Positions 32,329 to 43,766 of a stretch of DNA of 64,000 nucleotides are shown one piece after another. The notes beneath the pieces were generated by a model. It saw only the letters and a program-made list of their open reading frames with translations, ran no database searches and was not told the DNA's origin. The translations under genes were made by a program, and so were the position numbers. How positions within the stretch are numbered: position 1 is the stretch's first letter; each line of letters begins with the position of its first letter. The DNA is from Paramoeba atlantica (taxonomy: Eukaryota > Protista > Discosea), in assembly GCA_977017575.1 (NCBI GenBank), contig CDRNVI010000039.1, positions 496,001-560,000 of the forward strand. The letters are read 5' to 3'.

Positions 32329-33210
32329 TTAAACTCGCACGCGTTGTGTGTTGTATCTCCCTCCACGGTACTGGTTCCGGTACCCTCTAATAAAATCGGT
32401 ACCGAACGTTGCTTGATCCGTACTCCGCGCATGCTGCCTTTCTTCATGAATCTCCGCAGTCGACTTTCTCCCTCCCTTCTTCGCCGTTGCATCGGACGAG
32501 ATGGTGTCAAAAAATGACGACGCCTTCTCATACCCTTTCTGCGCACCGGACCGCAAAAAATCACCCTTCTCAAAATTATCCATCACAAAATCGAAATCCT
32601 CCTTATATTCCTCCCGGGCCGCACTTGGATCCGGCGCCACCGTAAATTCTCGTCCGGTATGTGCAGAAAAATGCGACGGTCGGCGATAGCCCCGACCTCG
32701 AACACCCCCTCCCCCTCGTCCCCCACCCCCTCGCCCCCCCCCTCGTCCACCACGCCCTCGATACGCCGCTGCGGCATACCCTCGAGAATACCCTCGCGGC
32801 CCCTCCCCACGGGGAAACCCCCCTCGTCTACCCCCCTCTCCCCATGCCCCCCCTCTCTCCTTCCCCTCCCCTTCCTCCTTCCCCGCGCCCGGGGTATCGC
32901 TCACCAACTGACTTCGTACAATCGCAGGGTCCTGGAAGGCCGTGCCGGGGCCGCCGCTGCTCGAGGGCTCGTCCTCGAACACATACACCGTCTGGATGTT
33001 CTCCCCTTTGAACACAATGTGGTCGTAGAGTTTCTGGTCCGGGGGGATCTTGCCGTGGTCGCTGTCCCGGGACTCGGTCCCCATCATGCGCACGTTGCGA
33101 AGGACCATGGTGTTGTCGGACTCGTTGATGCTGTGCAGGAAGCCCTCGTACCGCACCTGGCTCTTGCTGATGACCGAGATACGGCTACCGAGGGATTGGG
33201 CGGGATTCAT
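32329..33210 (-). CDS. SCD6: LSM14/SCD6 P-body protein
   Basis: Lsm domain LGSRISVISKSQVRYEGFL..LRNVRMMGTE..YDHIVFKG, RGG region, FDF (KEDFDF), FFD (SSFFDTIS) and TFG boxes. Confidence 0.93.
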   Translation of the reverse strand: MNPAQSLGSRISVISKSQVRYEGFLHSINESDNTMVLRNVRMMGTESRDSDHGKIPPDQKLYDHIVFKGENIQTVYVFEDEPSSSGGPGTAFQDPAIVRSQLVSDTPGAGKEEGEGKERGGAWGEGGRRGGFPRGEGPRGYSRGYAAAAYRGRGGRGGGRGGGGRGGGGVRGRGYRRPSHFSAHTGREFTVAPDPSAAREEYKEDFDFVMDNFEKGDFLRSGAQKGYEKASSFFDTISSDATAKKGGRKSTAEIHEERQHARSTDQATFGTDFIRGYRNQYRGGRYNTQRVRV

Positions 33211-33412
33211 ATACGGGCACGGTGGGGGTAAAGGATACGGAAGATAGAAAACGGAATTCAAGGAAAGAGGAAAAAATGGATAGTGTTTGTCAGCTTTTTT
33301 AATAGGATAATCTAATAGGATTTTAGATTTTGTGAGGATTGCTTCAAATAATAAAAAGTTAAAGTTAAAATCGTTAAAGTTTTTTTTTAACTTATTTTAT
33401 CAGTTTGAGCGA

Positions 33413-36170
33413 CTAAACTTCAGTGATCAATGGCGTAGTGATTGCTTTTGCAAAAGAAAAGTTTTGCAAACGTTTTTGAAGGTCTTTGGCAGCCTTTCTT
33501 ACGTTTTCTGTTTGTACGCTCCTATAGAGCATATCTTCCGTAATGCGCAACAGTCGTTGTCGTCTATTCTCGATAGCAGCATTCAGAGAAACAGACTCGA
33601 TGCGCTCCCAATTGAGACACGATGCTCGCAAAACGTGCGTTCGCAGAAATGGATGGAGATCCTCTTCAAGAATCGCATGAATGAAGTCACAAACACTGTA
33701 CCATGCAGACAGAAACCGGTGAGAAGATGTAGAAAGCAAAAGGAGAAGTATATTGAGGGTCGATACAAATTTGGACGATAGGGACGTGTCTTCTGCGGCG
33801 AATCTCGTGCCAGACGATTGAAATCCCAAAAGGAGCTGCTGTATGAATATGTGAGCTACAGAATCATAAACGTTACGTACAATTATCGGTTTATGTTTAT
33901 TTCCACTCGTGGTACGATCTTTTAAACTCTGCCAGAAGCTAAATTTTGACAACGGTGGGTAACGCTTAAGCAGCGTCTTCGACTGTTTATCGTCGCAGAG
34001 TGGGCTCTGAGGCTTACCCGCTGGAACATCTACCGAATGATTAGCAAGCTGACTCCCCGTTTCTTGAAGTGTCGTCAGTATATCGAATCGAGTAGATAGG
34101 TCAAGATTTCCAGAAAAATACTGATGCGTCAAATATGGAACTACGTATTCAGGTAATCGTGAAGTAGCTAAAAGAAGGATGCGTTTTCGTGATGAGTCGT
34201 ATGAAGAAAGTCCGTAATCATTTCTCGGAAGTAGAAAGTGCTTCACTATTTCAACAACTTCCATAGCAAGGCTGCTACTCATATCTTGCGACGAATCCTT
34301 GCATGTCATTCTTATATTAATTCCGTCAAATTCATTGTTCATTGTGTTTTCACCAAATTTTCGATTCGGAGAGGCCAAGAGTTTTTCGGGAATTAAGTGT
34401 TGAAGAAAGAATTCATAATCTTCAATAGTTATTTCGTCCTCTTCAGCAAGAGTATTCGAACATCGTTTTTGTTTTGCGTCCGTTTCAAAATTTTGCATCA
34501 GAAGAAGTATCTGCCGCAAAGATTTCTTCTTAAAGGATGTTCCGGGCTCAAAGCTGATCGGCGTGCAGTAACTTGAAAGACCTGGGGTAGATTTGAAATC
34601 TGTCAGGCACAAAGTGTTCCTAAACGATGCGTTATGTGCCTCAGTTGAGAGGCTTTCAGATTTCTTTAAGCCTGTTCCAAAGATATGCTCACTTGAAAAA
34701 GTCTTTAATTCCTCGATCCCTTCTCCATTTGCATTGTAAGTATCTTTCATTCTGATAGGTTGTGACGCACAAGTAGGATCGCACATTTCCGTCATCTTCT
34801 GGTTTTTACCTGTTACGGGGATGGATAATCCTTGAAACAGTGCTATTTCATTGGTTTCATCACTCTCCCTCGTTTTGTACAGTTCGTAATATTCTTCCAA
34901 GATAAGTGACTGAACCACATTTGTACCGTCCGTTTCCGTTATCTTAGATTCCATAAGAGATCGTTTGTGGGCAAGTTCGCTCCATCTCATTGCAACAAGG
35001 CCGCCCCACTCTCGCACACTTTGATCCGGCGAAATAAGACGGTGATGCACTCCAGACAAAAATCCGCCCACCGTCACGTTCGACAGAACTATCTGAAGAG
35101 GCTCCATAAGCGTAGGATCGTCAGTATCTGTGATGGCACGCGTGCGACTTTCAAGGTCTTCCTCAAGCCCAGATCTTTTCTGCGCATAAGCAAGCGCGCT
35201 ACGCAACAAGTATAGCATAGATATTCCTATGATCTTTTGAGACGAGACAGAAAATTGCTTTGTAGATGGTTCGTCTGCCCAGATCTCGACCACAACGGAA
35301 AAAAGTCGTCGAAGCACATTCAAATCCTTCATCGCTACATGATAAAAAAGAAATCCGAGAATTTCGGGTGCGCATAACGCTCTGTCCAGTAAAATGCGAA
35401 CGATAATATTACCTGCGGACTCAATTTTAGTTAGGATTCGACAGAGAAATTGACTGATCATTGTTCGCATTGACTCTATCGCCTATGCTACAAGTCACTT
35501 TTATGAGAATTTCTACGGCAAGCCTGTACATATCCCGCGAAGATCGGTGGCGAATTGAGTGCTCCTCGTAAAGAATAACGAGAGAATCAATAAAGTGCTC
35601 ACGAAAAGTGTTCTTGTTATCGTGCAAATTCTGTATTAAACCTTGAGCCAAATATCCAGCGAGACCACGTTGGACATACACCGCACAAAATATTAGCGCT
35701 TGCGTATTCAATTGATGACTTTGCGCACTAGCGTAGGTATTCCAGAGCAAGCAAGCACAAACGTTGAAGAAATTTTCGTGCTGCAAAATATCAGGAAGGT
35801 CCGATGGCTTGACTACTTCGATGCACCGGTCAGGAATACTCAAGATACCATGCAAACGTGAAGAAAAATTGGTGAAATCATCACTTTGAATATGATCGTA
35901 CTTGGAAAAGGGTGTTGAATCCTTTACAAAGTTCCAACCGAGCGCTTCAGACAACTGTGACCCAGTAATTTGATGAGAAAGCCCCACAATTAGCTGACGA
36001 ATTCTTTCCGAGTCTGCGAATTCCTCAGCAATGTGTGAATCTCGCAGATCAACGGAGTGCTCTCCTTTTTTGTCATGTGGTAAAGTTGTTTTGAGCAATT
36101 CGTTCAAGTATAGAAAAATGGTGGACTGTCCTTCGTGAGCTATTGGACAAGGAGCACGAACGTCTGACAT
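33413..36170 (-). CDS. TEL2: TEL2/TELO2 (TTT complex), split by a +1 frameshift into 35427-36170 and 33413-35470
   Basis: VVEIWADEPSTKQFSVSSQKIIGISMLYLL and LSGVHHRLISPDQSVREWGGLVA match the Tel2 domain. LSTRFDILTTL matches the C-terminal pattern. The upstream helical ORF overlaps it by 44 nt. Confidence 0.7.
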
Positions 36171-36708
36171 AGGAACTCGTGAGATGCATAGCGCACAGAA
36201 GTAGGAGAGAAATTCAGTGATTAATATTAAAAAGTGACTTCCCCCGTTTTCGTAAAATAAGTAAGTATCAGTAAATTTGATGTCAGTCTATCTTAATTCT
36301 ACAAAACGGCTGTTCGCAAATCTGTCCAAGGATAGTGATTACTCCCATGATAAAAAATGTAGGAAACTGGATTTTGATTGATCTTTTCGTTTTTCCAGTT
36401 TTTGCCTTTTTTCACCTTTACCGGCCACTTAAGTCGTAAGGCATCGATACCATAAGTCGTCAATTGGAAAACATAAGATTTTCTTTTGATAAAAAAAGAA
36501 TCTTGGAAGTGTCACCGTGATACAAAAAGGACATACACTGTAACTGTGAGGTAGATTGTGCGAATAGGACACGTTTATTGGTACAGAGAATTTGTTGTTT
36601 CTATTCTTCGTTGGTATCGCCCGTGTTTTGTACCCTTTACGGAATGATATTTACATTTCCTAAAAAGTGACCATGTTTTCCTATCTATTTCACGTGAAAC
36701 GCAAATAG

Positions 36709-39700
36709 CTACCCGAGTTCTGGATACAGAGTGACGATTTCTTTTTGAGCTGCAATGCATTCTTCGAGTTTGTCGTATTGTTTACCGTCCATTACTTGAG
36801 ACTTATCCTTATATACGAGAGCTAGTTTGTGATACATCGTTTTTACAATTTGTTCCTGTGAGGTCAGATTGTAAGCTGGAAGGATGTTTGGATTGGCTTT
36901 ACATACGTCACTTCGTATGGCTAAGATCGATTGCAAGGCTCGGAAGACCGGAAGCAATTTCGAAATCTTCATATTCAGAATAAATGGGACACACTTCGAA
37001 TTGTCCAGAATGCTAAAAACGAAAGCACTAATTTCACCAATAAGTTTTGATTTGATTTCTACAAGGTATTCATCCGAAGTCTTTGAGCTAGTTGCATCTA
37101 CCGCTTTACTCACGTCAGTTTTGTTTTTTCGTTTCTTTTGATGCGGAATCTTTGTTGCATTCTTTTCAGAAGGTGATTCGACCTTCAACTTTCCCTGGGT
37201 GCTCTGACTGCACAGTTGCGAAAACGAACAAATGAGTACGAACAGCGTTTCCTCATCGAGTTGATTGCAATCGCTAAAAGTATACTTCATTATGGGACTG
37301 CTTTCTGACACAGAATTTTCGCTGTTAGAAGGTGTGCTATCAGAGAGACAGGTCGGTGTGAAAACTCTAAGCTCAACTTGATTTCTAACCCGCTCTTCAG
37401 TGTTCACGAGATAGAGCGGTGAATGGACGCGTAATTGTGTGATGACTTGCTCGAGTAGTCGAGAAACTGCTTCCCACACTTTCTTATCCGAGTGGAATGC
37501 CCCACAACAAATATTAGTCAGTGATCGTGGTAACCGGAACAAAAGGCCAAAGTCAGCAGACTTAGGTATCCAACGCTCAAGAAGGTCATACCCAAAGGAA
37601 CTCCACGGAGCCTGAGGAGAATAGTTTTCAATGCAGTGCATATGGTGAAAAATACCCAAAAAGATATTCTCCTTTTCATGTTGCTGCTCGAAAATCTCTT
37701 GTGCTTGATTACACATAGCGTTCAAAATGGCTTGATGAGGCACAGAGAAAGTTTGAAAAGCGAAAGAGAGCAGAAAAATATCCTCCAATTGGGCGTTTTC
37801 AATGACGATTCGAACTCTTGGAAGTAGTTCCGCAACCAATCGCGGAAAGTAAGCTTTTGTCGTGGAGGCAGATGCAAGAGAAAATAGAATTTTTGATAGA
37901 TTTCCTGGTGTTGTCAATATACGACTAGCCATAAGCTTCATAACCGCGGATTCAAGAAGCTCCGGTTTGCAGCTATGCTCTCTGGCGAGCAAATAAATTA
38001 ATTCCAATAATAGATGATCGTTGGTATGTACTTTGGCTGATATGGACAATGAAAGAATATCCCCAATCAACTTCAATAAAACAGGTGCTCGATTGGATAA
38101 GTAAATAAGGCGCCGTAGAATCAGAAGCAAATGATTAATCTTTTCTTCTAAACTTGAATCTGACGTTTCACTCACATGCTGCACTTTGTCCTGTGATAAT
38201 TGGACACTGCTGGTGGGAGTAGTATTTAAAATCACGACTCTGTCTCTGAGCCTAGGAATTATTTCTGTAGCAGCTATTACTTTCACACGATTTTCTAATG
38301 CCTGAAGGAAATTCACTTCCTCCTTAGCAAAAAAAGTTCGCCTTCGAAGTATTGAGTATAATTGCGATAAATTCAGTACATTTGCAAGTTTCTCCCACGA
38401 AGGCTGAAACTTTTGGATAAGTAATTGAACCTTAGGGTCAGAACCGAACATTTCAAGTATTCCTGCGCACTCGATTGGTGTCAAGTCCTCCGGGTCCCAA
38501 GTTTCTATTAAACGGAAGCATTCGTTACTAACTTCATTAGCTGAGGTTTTATTAGCTCGAATCGCTGAGGGGTGTGATACACAGGATGCACAACGAAGGA
38601 CCACTTTGCGAGGTAGCTCCGACAAAAAAGGTTTAGCATTCCTTTGTGAGGACACTTTTAAAAATTGTATTAACTCAGATACGACGGATAATAGAGCACG
38701 ATCGAGTTCTACTGCATGCTTTTCTGCTTTTTCGTGGACCCTAAAATTGCTCTGTCTTGGTGCACCACATTTACTTCTGTGATTATCTGACTTAGAAGTT
38801 CGAGCAACTCCCTTCCACGTGAGATTTTTCGTTTCAATGAGTAAAATATTTTTCAGCATACCGGCCGTCAGCTTAAAAGCAAGCGCGTGCGTTCCATCTT
38901 CTTTATTTGAATATGGTACCTCGAGAAGTACTTTCCTAAAAGAAGGCAATCGTCGCCCCAGAGCTCGCAAATCGGAAGCTAATTGTTGAGCCCTAGCCTC
39001 ATTCAATTTCCAATGGTGAAATCCTTCACAAAGACACGACACTTGCTTGTGTGTATGTTGAAGTGCTTCAAGCGTAATTTTGCGTTGGGTGTTCTCATTA
39101 CGTACGCATTCTGGCGTAGCTGCGAGTGGAGACAGTTTCCCTAAAGCCGCCTGTTTAATGTCTGTCCGAATAGATTGTTCCACATCCATATTAGGCTCTC
39201 GCAGAAAAATTGAAGCTTGGCTAAGTTTTATACCTTTTAATACTCCCTGGTGAGACTTACGCGAGGTATCTTTGATTGCGTTAATCAAGTCGATCCGCTG
39301 TAATCTAGGCAGCACCATTAGTTTCGGAAGAACCACGATAAGGTTTTGTAAAGCTTTGTTACTCAAGTTAGAGATTCCCCTAATTAGTATTGCGACTAAG
39401 ACGGAATACACAGGATGTGGCCGATAATGCAACCCTGCAAGAAAGCAGAAGAGAAGCTGTGACGCTAGTGCGGCATTTATCCGATCTCCATGAATACAGG
39501 CTTTATCTGCCAGAAGAGAACATAGGTCAAAACTTTCCATTTCAGATTTACGAAATGCAATGAGTACCTTTAGAATATTGGCTGGTGAAAGACGGTGAGC
39601 GATCCGTATAAAGTATTTGGCGGATTCAGACATAAAGCCCCAGTCAAGTGCGTTGTCAGTAGAAATCCAAATCATATGCTGCGGAGTAACAATGTCCTCG

Positions 39701-40221
39701 TTTTCATGACCGAGTGCTAGCAACATTTTTTTTGGCGCGCTAAAGAACTCTGCTGATTTTGTCAATCGACTTACGACCCACCGCAAAGCTTCAACGTGCA
39801 CATTATGGCTACGCTGTATATTTAACATAGCACAACATCGTATATACATAGCAACACGTCGACTAGTACAAGTCCTAGATGTTACTTTTTCGTAATCAGA
39901 TGTGTAACTCTCGTGGACATCCGCACCAGAGTCATCTGTTTCACTGCCTTTAATAGTACGATCTTCGAAAAACGTTTCTGTTTGCACTGAGCTATCGTCT
40001 TCTAAAATGTTTTTCATCGTCAAAGCTAAGACGCGCTTGCGTGCCCCGCTTAAGATATCATCATGACAAAACTCACGAAGCTTGTAGCCTACTAGATACA
40101 GGTCATGAAGAGTCCACGGTTCTGGCTGTATTCGAGACGAGAGGTAGCGATGATTACCTCGGCTAAATAATAGGTTTGAACATTGGAGATTCCGTACATG
40201 GCAGGCGCGAATCCTATACAT
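36709..40221 (-). CDS. Large alpha-helical repeat protein, probably mitochondrial RNA-binding (RAP/FASTK-like)
   Basis: Arg/Ser-rich presequence-like start MYRIRACHVRN..RYLSS. Repeated LSP..I..L..AF-type helices. Exact family not recognised. Confidence 0.45.
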   Translation of the reverse strand: MYRIRACHVRNLQCSNLLFSRGNHRYLSSRIQPEPWTLHDLYLVGYKLREFCHDDILSGARKRVLALTMKNILEDDSSVQTETFFEDRTIKGSETDDSGADVHESYTSDYEKVTSRTCTSRRVAMYIRCCAMLNIQRSHNVHVEALRWVVSRLTKSAEFFSAPKKMLLALGHENEDIVTPQHMIWISTDNALDWGFMSESAKYFIRIAHRLSPANILKVLIAFRKSEMESFDLCSLLADKACIHGDRINAALASQLLFCFLAGLHYRPHPVYSVLVAILIRGISNLSNKALQNLIVVLPKLMVLPRLQRIDLINAIKDTSRKSHQGVLKGIKLSQASIFLREPNMDVEQSIRTDIKQAALGKLSPLAATPECVRNENTQRKITLEALQHTHKQVSCLCEGFHHWKLNEARAQQLASDLRALGRRLPSFRKVLLEVPYSNKEDGTHALAFKLTAGMLKNILLIETKNLTWKGVARTSKSDNHRSKCGAPRQSNFRVHEKAEKHAVELDRALLSVVSELIQFLKVSSQRNAKPFLSELPRKVVLRCASCVSHPSAIRANKTSANEVSNECFRLIETWDPEDLTPIECAGILEMFGSDPKVQLLIQKFQPSWEKLANVLNLSQLYSILRRRTFFAKEEVNFLQALENRVKVIAATEIIPRLRDRVVILNTTPTSSVQLSQDKVQHVSETSDSSLEEKINHLLLILRRLIYLSNRAPVLLKLIGDILSLSISAKVHTNDHLLLELIYLLAREHSCKPELLESAVMKLMASRILTTPGNLSKILFSLASASTTKAYFPRLVAELLPRVRIVIENAQLEDIFLLSFAFQTFSVPHQAILNAMCNQAQEIFEQQHEKENIFLGIFHHMHCIENYSPQAPWSSFGYDLLERWIPKSADFGLLFRLPRSLTNICCGAFHSDKKVWEAVSRLLEQVITQLRVHSPLYLVNTEERVRNQVELRVFTPTCLSDSTPSNSENSVSESSPIMKYTFSDCNQLDEETLFVLICSFSQLCSQSTQGKLKVESPSEKNATKIPHQKKRKNKTDVSKAVDATSSKTSDEYLVEIKSKLIGEISAFVFSILDNSKCVPFILNMKISKLLPVFRALQSILAIRSDVCKANPNILPAYNLTSQEQIVKTMYHKLALVYKDKSQVMDGKQYDKLEECIAAQKEIVTLYPELG

Positions 40222-40529
40222 GCAGGGTGCGAAACAGAGAGTCACAAGTGTTTGATCAGAAAACAAGAGATTTGCATCCAATTATTCTTAACACGAAACT
40301 ACTGGCTAGGAAAGATTTTGATTGAAGTATAACATCACTACTTCAATGACATTATGACATAAAAAACTAGAATGTATGTAATGCACTAATAAAGTTCTTT
40401 AAATCCATTGATAAAAACTTTACTAAGTACTTTACCTCTTAAAGTACTCTGTTTCAACATTCTGTACATCTAATCCACAATACCCAAAAATATCACAAGC
40501 ACTTGTTACAGTAGTCGAAGAAGCACCAG

Positions 40530-41954
40530 TCACTCGTTCTCCAATTTGCAAAATGCTTGAGGATCTGACGTCCAAAACTCGTTTCGTATTTTCCACAAGG
40601 TCATGAGATGGTCCTCAGAACTGATAGAGGCCATTAACCCTCGGTACTGCTCCACCCAGGACCAAGATATGTCATCGATTGTGCTGGTATGGCCCCAGTG
40701 TTTGAAACGGATACCGCCACTAGGATAATCCAAAAATACGACATTTCCATCTTCCCCCCCTGAGGATAAAAGCGAGGGACAGTGCACCGACCACGCTAGC
40801 ACGCTAACCTCAGTGTTTTTTCGATGTGGGAGGTATCTGCCAAGAGGTATACTCAGTTGCCGACGGTCCCATACGCTCACGCAACCTTCCGCATCTCCTA
40901 CCGCGAGAATATATTCGTAAAAAGGACTCGGATCGATACTTACAGCGTATCTGGGCAAAGAAAAGCTACCACAAGAACCCGTTTCTCGAATGTCGAAAAG
41001 GGAAACTCCGTGGCTGCCTTCACAAGCGGCATACATTAAGTCTGGAACGAGCTTGTCAAACTTCACGTCATTCACCGCACCCATCGCTTCCATGCTCCAC
41101 TGCGGGTCCAGGCTCGGACCCGTCCCATTCGTCTCCGTCCTCACCGCACTCGTCTCACAATCCGCCACATTCCACACCACCACCTTCCGATCAAACCCCG
41201 ACACCACCAACCCCCTCGCATCCGTATTCACATCCAACGGCGCCGTACCCCCCATCGCCACCCCACCCCCCAGCACCAACTTATGCTGCCCCGCCCCGCA
41301 CTCCCCATCAAACCTCTCCTGCTCCGCCTCCGCCTTTTCATACCTCACCCGCTTCGCCTCAAACGTCATACTCCTCGTGACGTCCCCCATCTCCCCCGTC
41401 TCCCGCCCCGACCGCGGCATCACCGGCAGCGCCACCCTCCCGGGGTGGTTCGGCCGCCTCGACCGCGCAATCTCCGTCTTGTCAAACACGTACCCCCTGC
41501 CATCCGTACTCACACTCACCAGCAGGTTGGGGTTCCACGGGACCCACCGCACGCGTCGCACCCCGCCGTTGTGGTAGAGGCGGAGGTCGGGGCGGACGCG
41601 GCAGGAGGCCGGGGCGTGGCCGTAGCCCCCGAGCTCCCCGGTGTCGGGGTCGGCCGGGAGCGTGGAGGCCGCGGGGGTGTTGGCCTTCAGCAGGCTGAGA
41701 TAGGACTGGGCCCCGGGGGGGCGGCGGGAGCCCACGACGAGGGTGTGCTCGACGGTGGGGTCGCGGGGGAGGTTGCGGACGTAGGGGAGGAGGGCGAGGG
41801 TGGGGGTGGGGTGGTCGGGGACGTAGACGAAGAGGGTTTGGTAGAGCTCACGGACGCGCTTGCGCCAGTGCTGGTAGCGGGGGAGGGCGGTGAAGGGGGT
41901 GGGGTCGGGTTCGGGGGGGGAGAACTGGGCGGGGTCGGAGAGGTCGTGGAGCAT
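40530..41954 (-). CDS. RBBP4/7 (MSI1/CAF1-C)-like histone-binding WD40 protein
   Basis: RYQHWRKRVRELYQTLF..P.PTLALLP (CAF1C H4-binding motif), HNGGVRRVRWVP, VSVWDRR and RFKHWGHTSTIDDISWS. Confidence 0.85.
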   Translation of the reverse strand: MLHDLSDPAQFSPPEPDPTPFTALPRYQHWRKRVRELYQTLFVYVPDHPTPTLALLPYVRNLPRDPTVEHTLVVGSRRPPGAQSYLSLLKANTPAASTLPADPDTGELGGYGHAPASCRVRPDLRLYHNGGVRRVRWVPWNPNLLVSVSTDGRGYVFDKTEIARSRRPNHPGRVALPVMPRSGRETGEMGDVTRSMTFEAKRVRYEKAEAEQERFDGECGAGQHKLVLGGGVAMGGTAPLDVNTDARGLVVSGFDRKVVVWNVADCETSAVRTETNGTGPSLDPQWSMEAMGAVNDVKFDKLVPDLMYAACEGSHGVSLFDIRETGSCGSFSLPRYAVSIDPSPFYEYILAVGDAEGCVSVWDRRQLSIPLGRYLPHRKNTEVSVLAWSVHCPSLLSSGGEDGNVVFLDYPSGGIRFKHWGHTSTIDDISWSWVEQYRGLMASISSEDHLMTLWKIRNEFWTSDPQAFCKLENE

Positions 41955-42317
41955 GGGGGAGGGAGGGAGGGAGGGAGGGAGGGAAGAGAAGATAAGGTGT
42001 GGGTAGAGGTGTTGGGAAGGGGAAAGTAGGGGTGTGTTTGAGGTTTTTGGGAAGAGAAAAATGAAGTGTATTTGGAGTTCAGTTTAGCGATTTAAAGGGA
42101 CTAGGAATGGGATTTAAGCATGTAGGTTTTTCAGCAACGTGTGTATGTACACCCACCAAAACTGAATACAGGAATACTAAATTATGATGTCCGTTCGCAA
42201 TTCGAGCCTCTTCGACGTCTGAAGGCACCTACAGGTATGAAAGTATGGAAAACTACTTGAACGGGCTGCCCATGTCCTTGTTGATCTGCCATTCAAAACG
42301 GCACTGTACCTTGCAAG

Positions 42318-43766
42318 TCAGACGACGTAGACAGAATGCACTTCCGAAAGAGGAACAACTGTTGGCAGAAAAGAAGGCTCTCTATTTCGATTTTCGTATA
42401 TGGCGTTTTCACCTAAGTCTAGATCTTTTACGCGCAGTGTGAGCAAGCGACCACTCGGACTTAAAATATGGCCCTCTTCGGAAGGTTCATCCGTTTTCCT
42501 TGGTGTTTTAGAAATGTTATACGGGGTAGTAACTTGATCCATCACTTCGACTACCACGGTTACGTGTTCACCCTGGCGTTGCACATGTCTGACCTGCACT
42601 ATGCGTCTTTCGCGCCGAGACTCTTTCTCGCGCGAGCCACGAATGTTTGTGTTATGATGTAGCTTGCTGCGTGGATCATCTTGAAAAACGGAAATATCTA
42701 AAAGCTTGGTATAAAGAACAGACCCTTCTCGTAACGCATCACTCACCGGATAAGAAGGGGAAGGTGAGACTCGGTCATGATAATCCGAAACTCGAGGAAA
42801 GTTCGTAGTTTCACGCAGCGTAGAATACGTAGAATGCAGGTCTGCAGCCCTTATGGCTTCTGAAGGTCCACTCGCCATGCAACATTCGCTTACTTTGAGT
42901 TCATGTGCGCGTGGTTCAAAAGGTACTTCGTTTCCGCGAAATCGCGTGGAAACCCCACGTGATTGCCTGACGGCATTTGTGGCATGCATTTTAACTAGTG
43001 CCATGTTTTGGGCTCTCATGTCGGATTGAGAATGCCCCGAATAATCATTCGAAACTTGATCAATGTGCATGGAACCCTGCATTCTATGCGATCCTGCTGG
43101 GACAGAAGATTCTGCACTTGTTCGATAGTTGGGATGCTGCCCATATGTCACGTGATCTTTTCCGGAGATTAAAGAACCTGACTCGTATCCGTTCCCTTCA
43201 AATTGAAATTGAGTCTCCGGTATGTAGTCTGTAGCCGGCCTTGAAGTCCGCGATGTACTTTGCAAATCTGGTGTATTATGCATAGGAGAAATTTCAGTTG
43301 AAGAATGATTTTTATGGACGGGAATTGTAACTTGAGGATGTACTAAGCTTTTTGATCGATTAAGGGAAGGTTCTTCATGCAGAGTGTTTGGGTAGCTCAA
43401 ACTTGGTCTACCTTCAGATGAGTAAAATTGTGTTGACTCCGGATATGTTGAAGGAATAAAATGCTCGTGTGCACGTGGGTGTGTGATTTCACTACGTGGG
43501 CGTTTGTTTTGCAATAAATTTACTTCTTTTGAACCATCTTCTCGATCTCCGTGAGTTCGAGCATCTGAATTAGCCCTAGACTTTAAAGATTGAGAGCGTT
43601 GAGAGTCATACATGTTTTGAGATCGTGCGCGTGAATCGGCTGAATTGGCTGGTAAAGCACGATTACTTACAAGCATAGAAATCACATCGTGCGTATTCCG
43701 CAGCATTTTCGCGAGTAAAGTACCGAAAAATAATAGATCAGAAACGAATTGCGAAACTACATCCAT
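42318..43766 (-). CDS. Hypothetical protein, Ser/His-rich disordered centre with beta-rich C-terminal domain
   Basis: Long ORF in cluster orientation. ATG at 43766. No family recognised. Confidence 0.55.
   Translation of the reverse strand: MDVVSQFVSDLLFFGTLLAKMLRNTHDVISMLVSNRALPANSADSRARSQNMYDSQRSQSLKSRANSDARTHGDREDGSKEVNLLQNKRPRSEITHPRAHEHFIPSTYPESTQFYSSEGRPSLSYPNTLHEEPSLNRSKSLVHPQVTIPVHKNHSSTEISPMHNTPDLQSTSRTSRPATDYIPETQFQFEGNGYESGSLISGKDHVTYGQHPNYRTSAESSVPAGSHRMQGSMHIDQVSNDYSGHSQSDMRAQNMALVKMHATNAVRQSRGVSTRFRGNEVPFEPRAHELKVSECCMASGPSEAIRAADLHSTYSTLRETTNFPRVSDYHDRVSPSPSYPVSDALREGSVLYTKLLDISVFQDDPRSKLHHNTNIRGSREKESRRERRIVQVRHVQRQGEHVTVVVEVMDQVTTPYNISKTPRKTDEPSEEGHILSPSGRLLTLRVKDLDLGENAIYENRNREPSFLPTVVPLSEVHSVYVV

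Noticed and set aside
32659-33231. Long plus-strand Pro/Ser-rich ORFs opposite SCD6
   Set aside because: Antisense shadows caused by stop-poor GC-rich sequence.
40826-42029. Several 180-250 aa plus-strand ORFs opposite the RBBP4-like gene
   Set aside because: Low-complexity products of the skew island. The minus-strand frame has clear WD40/CAF1C homology.
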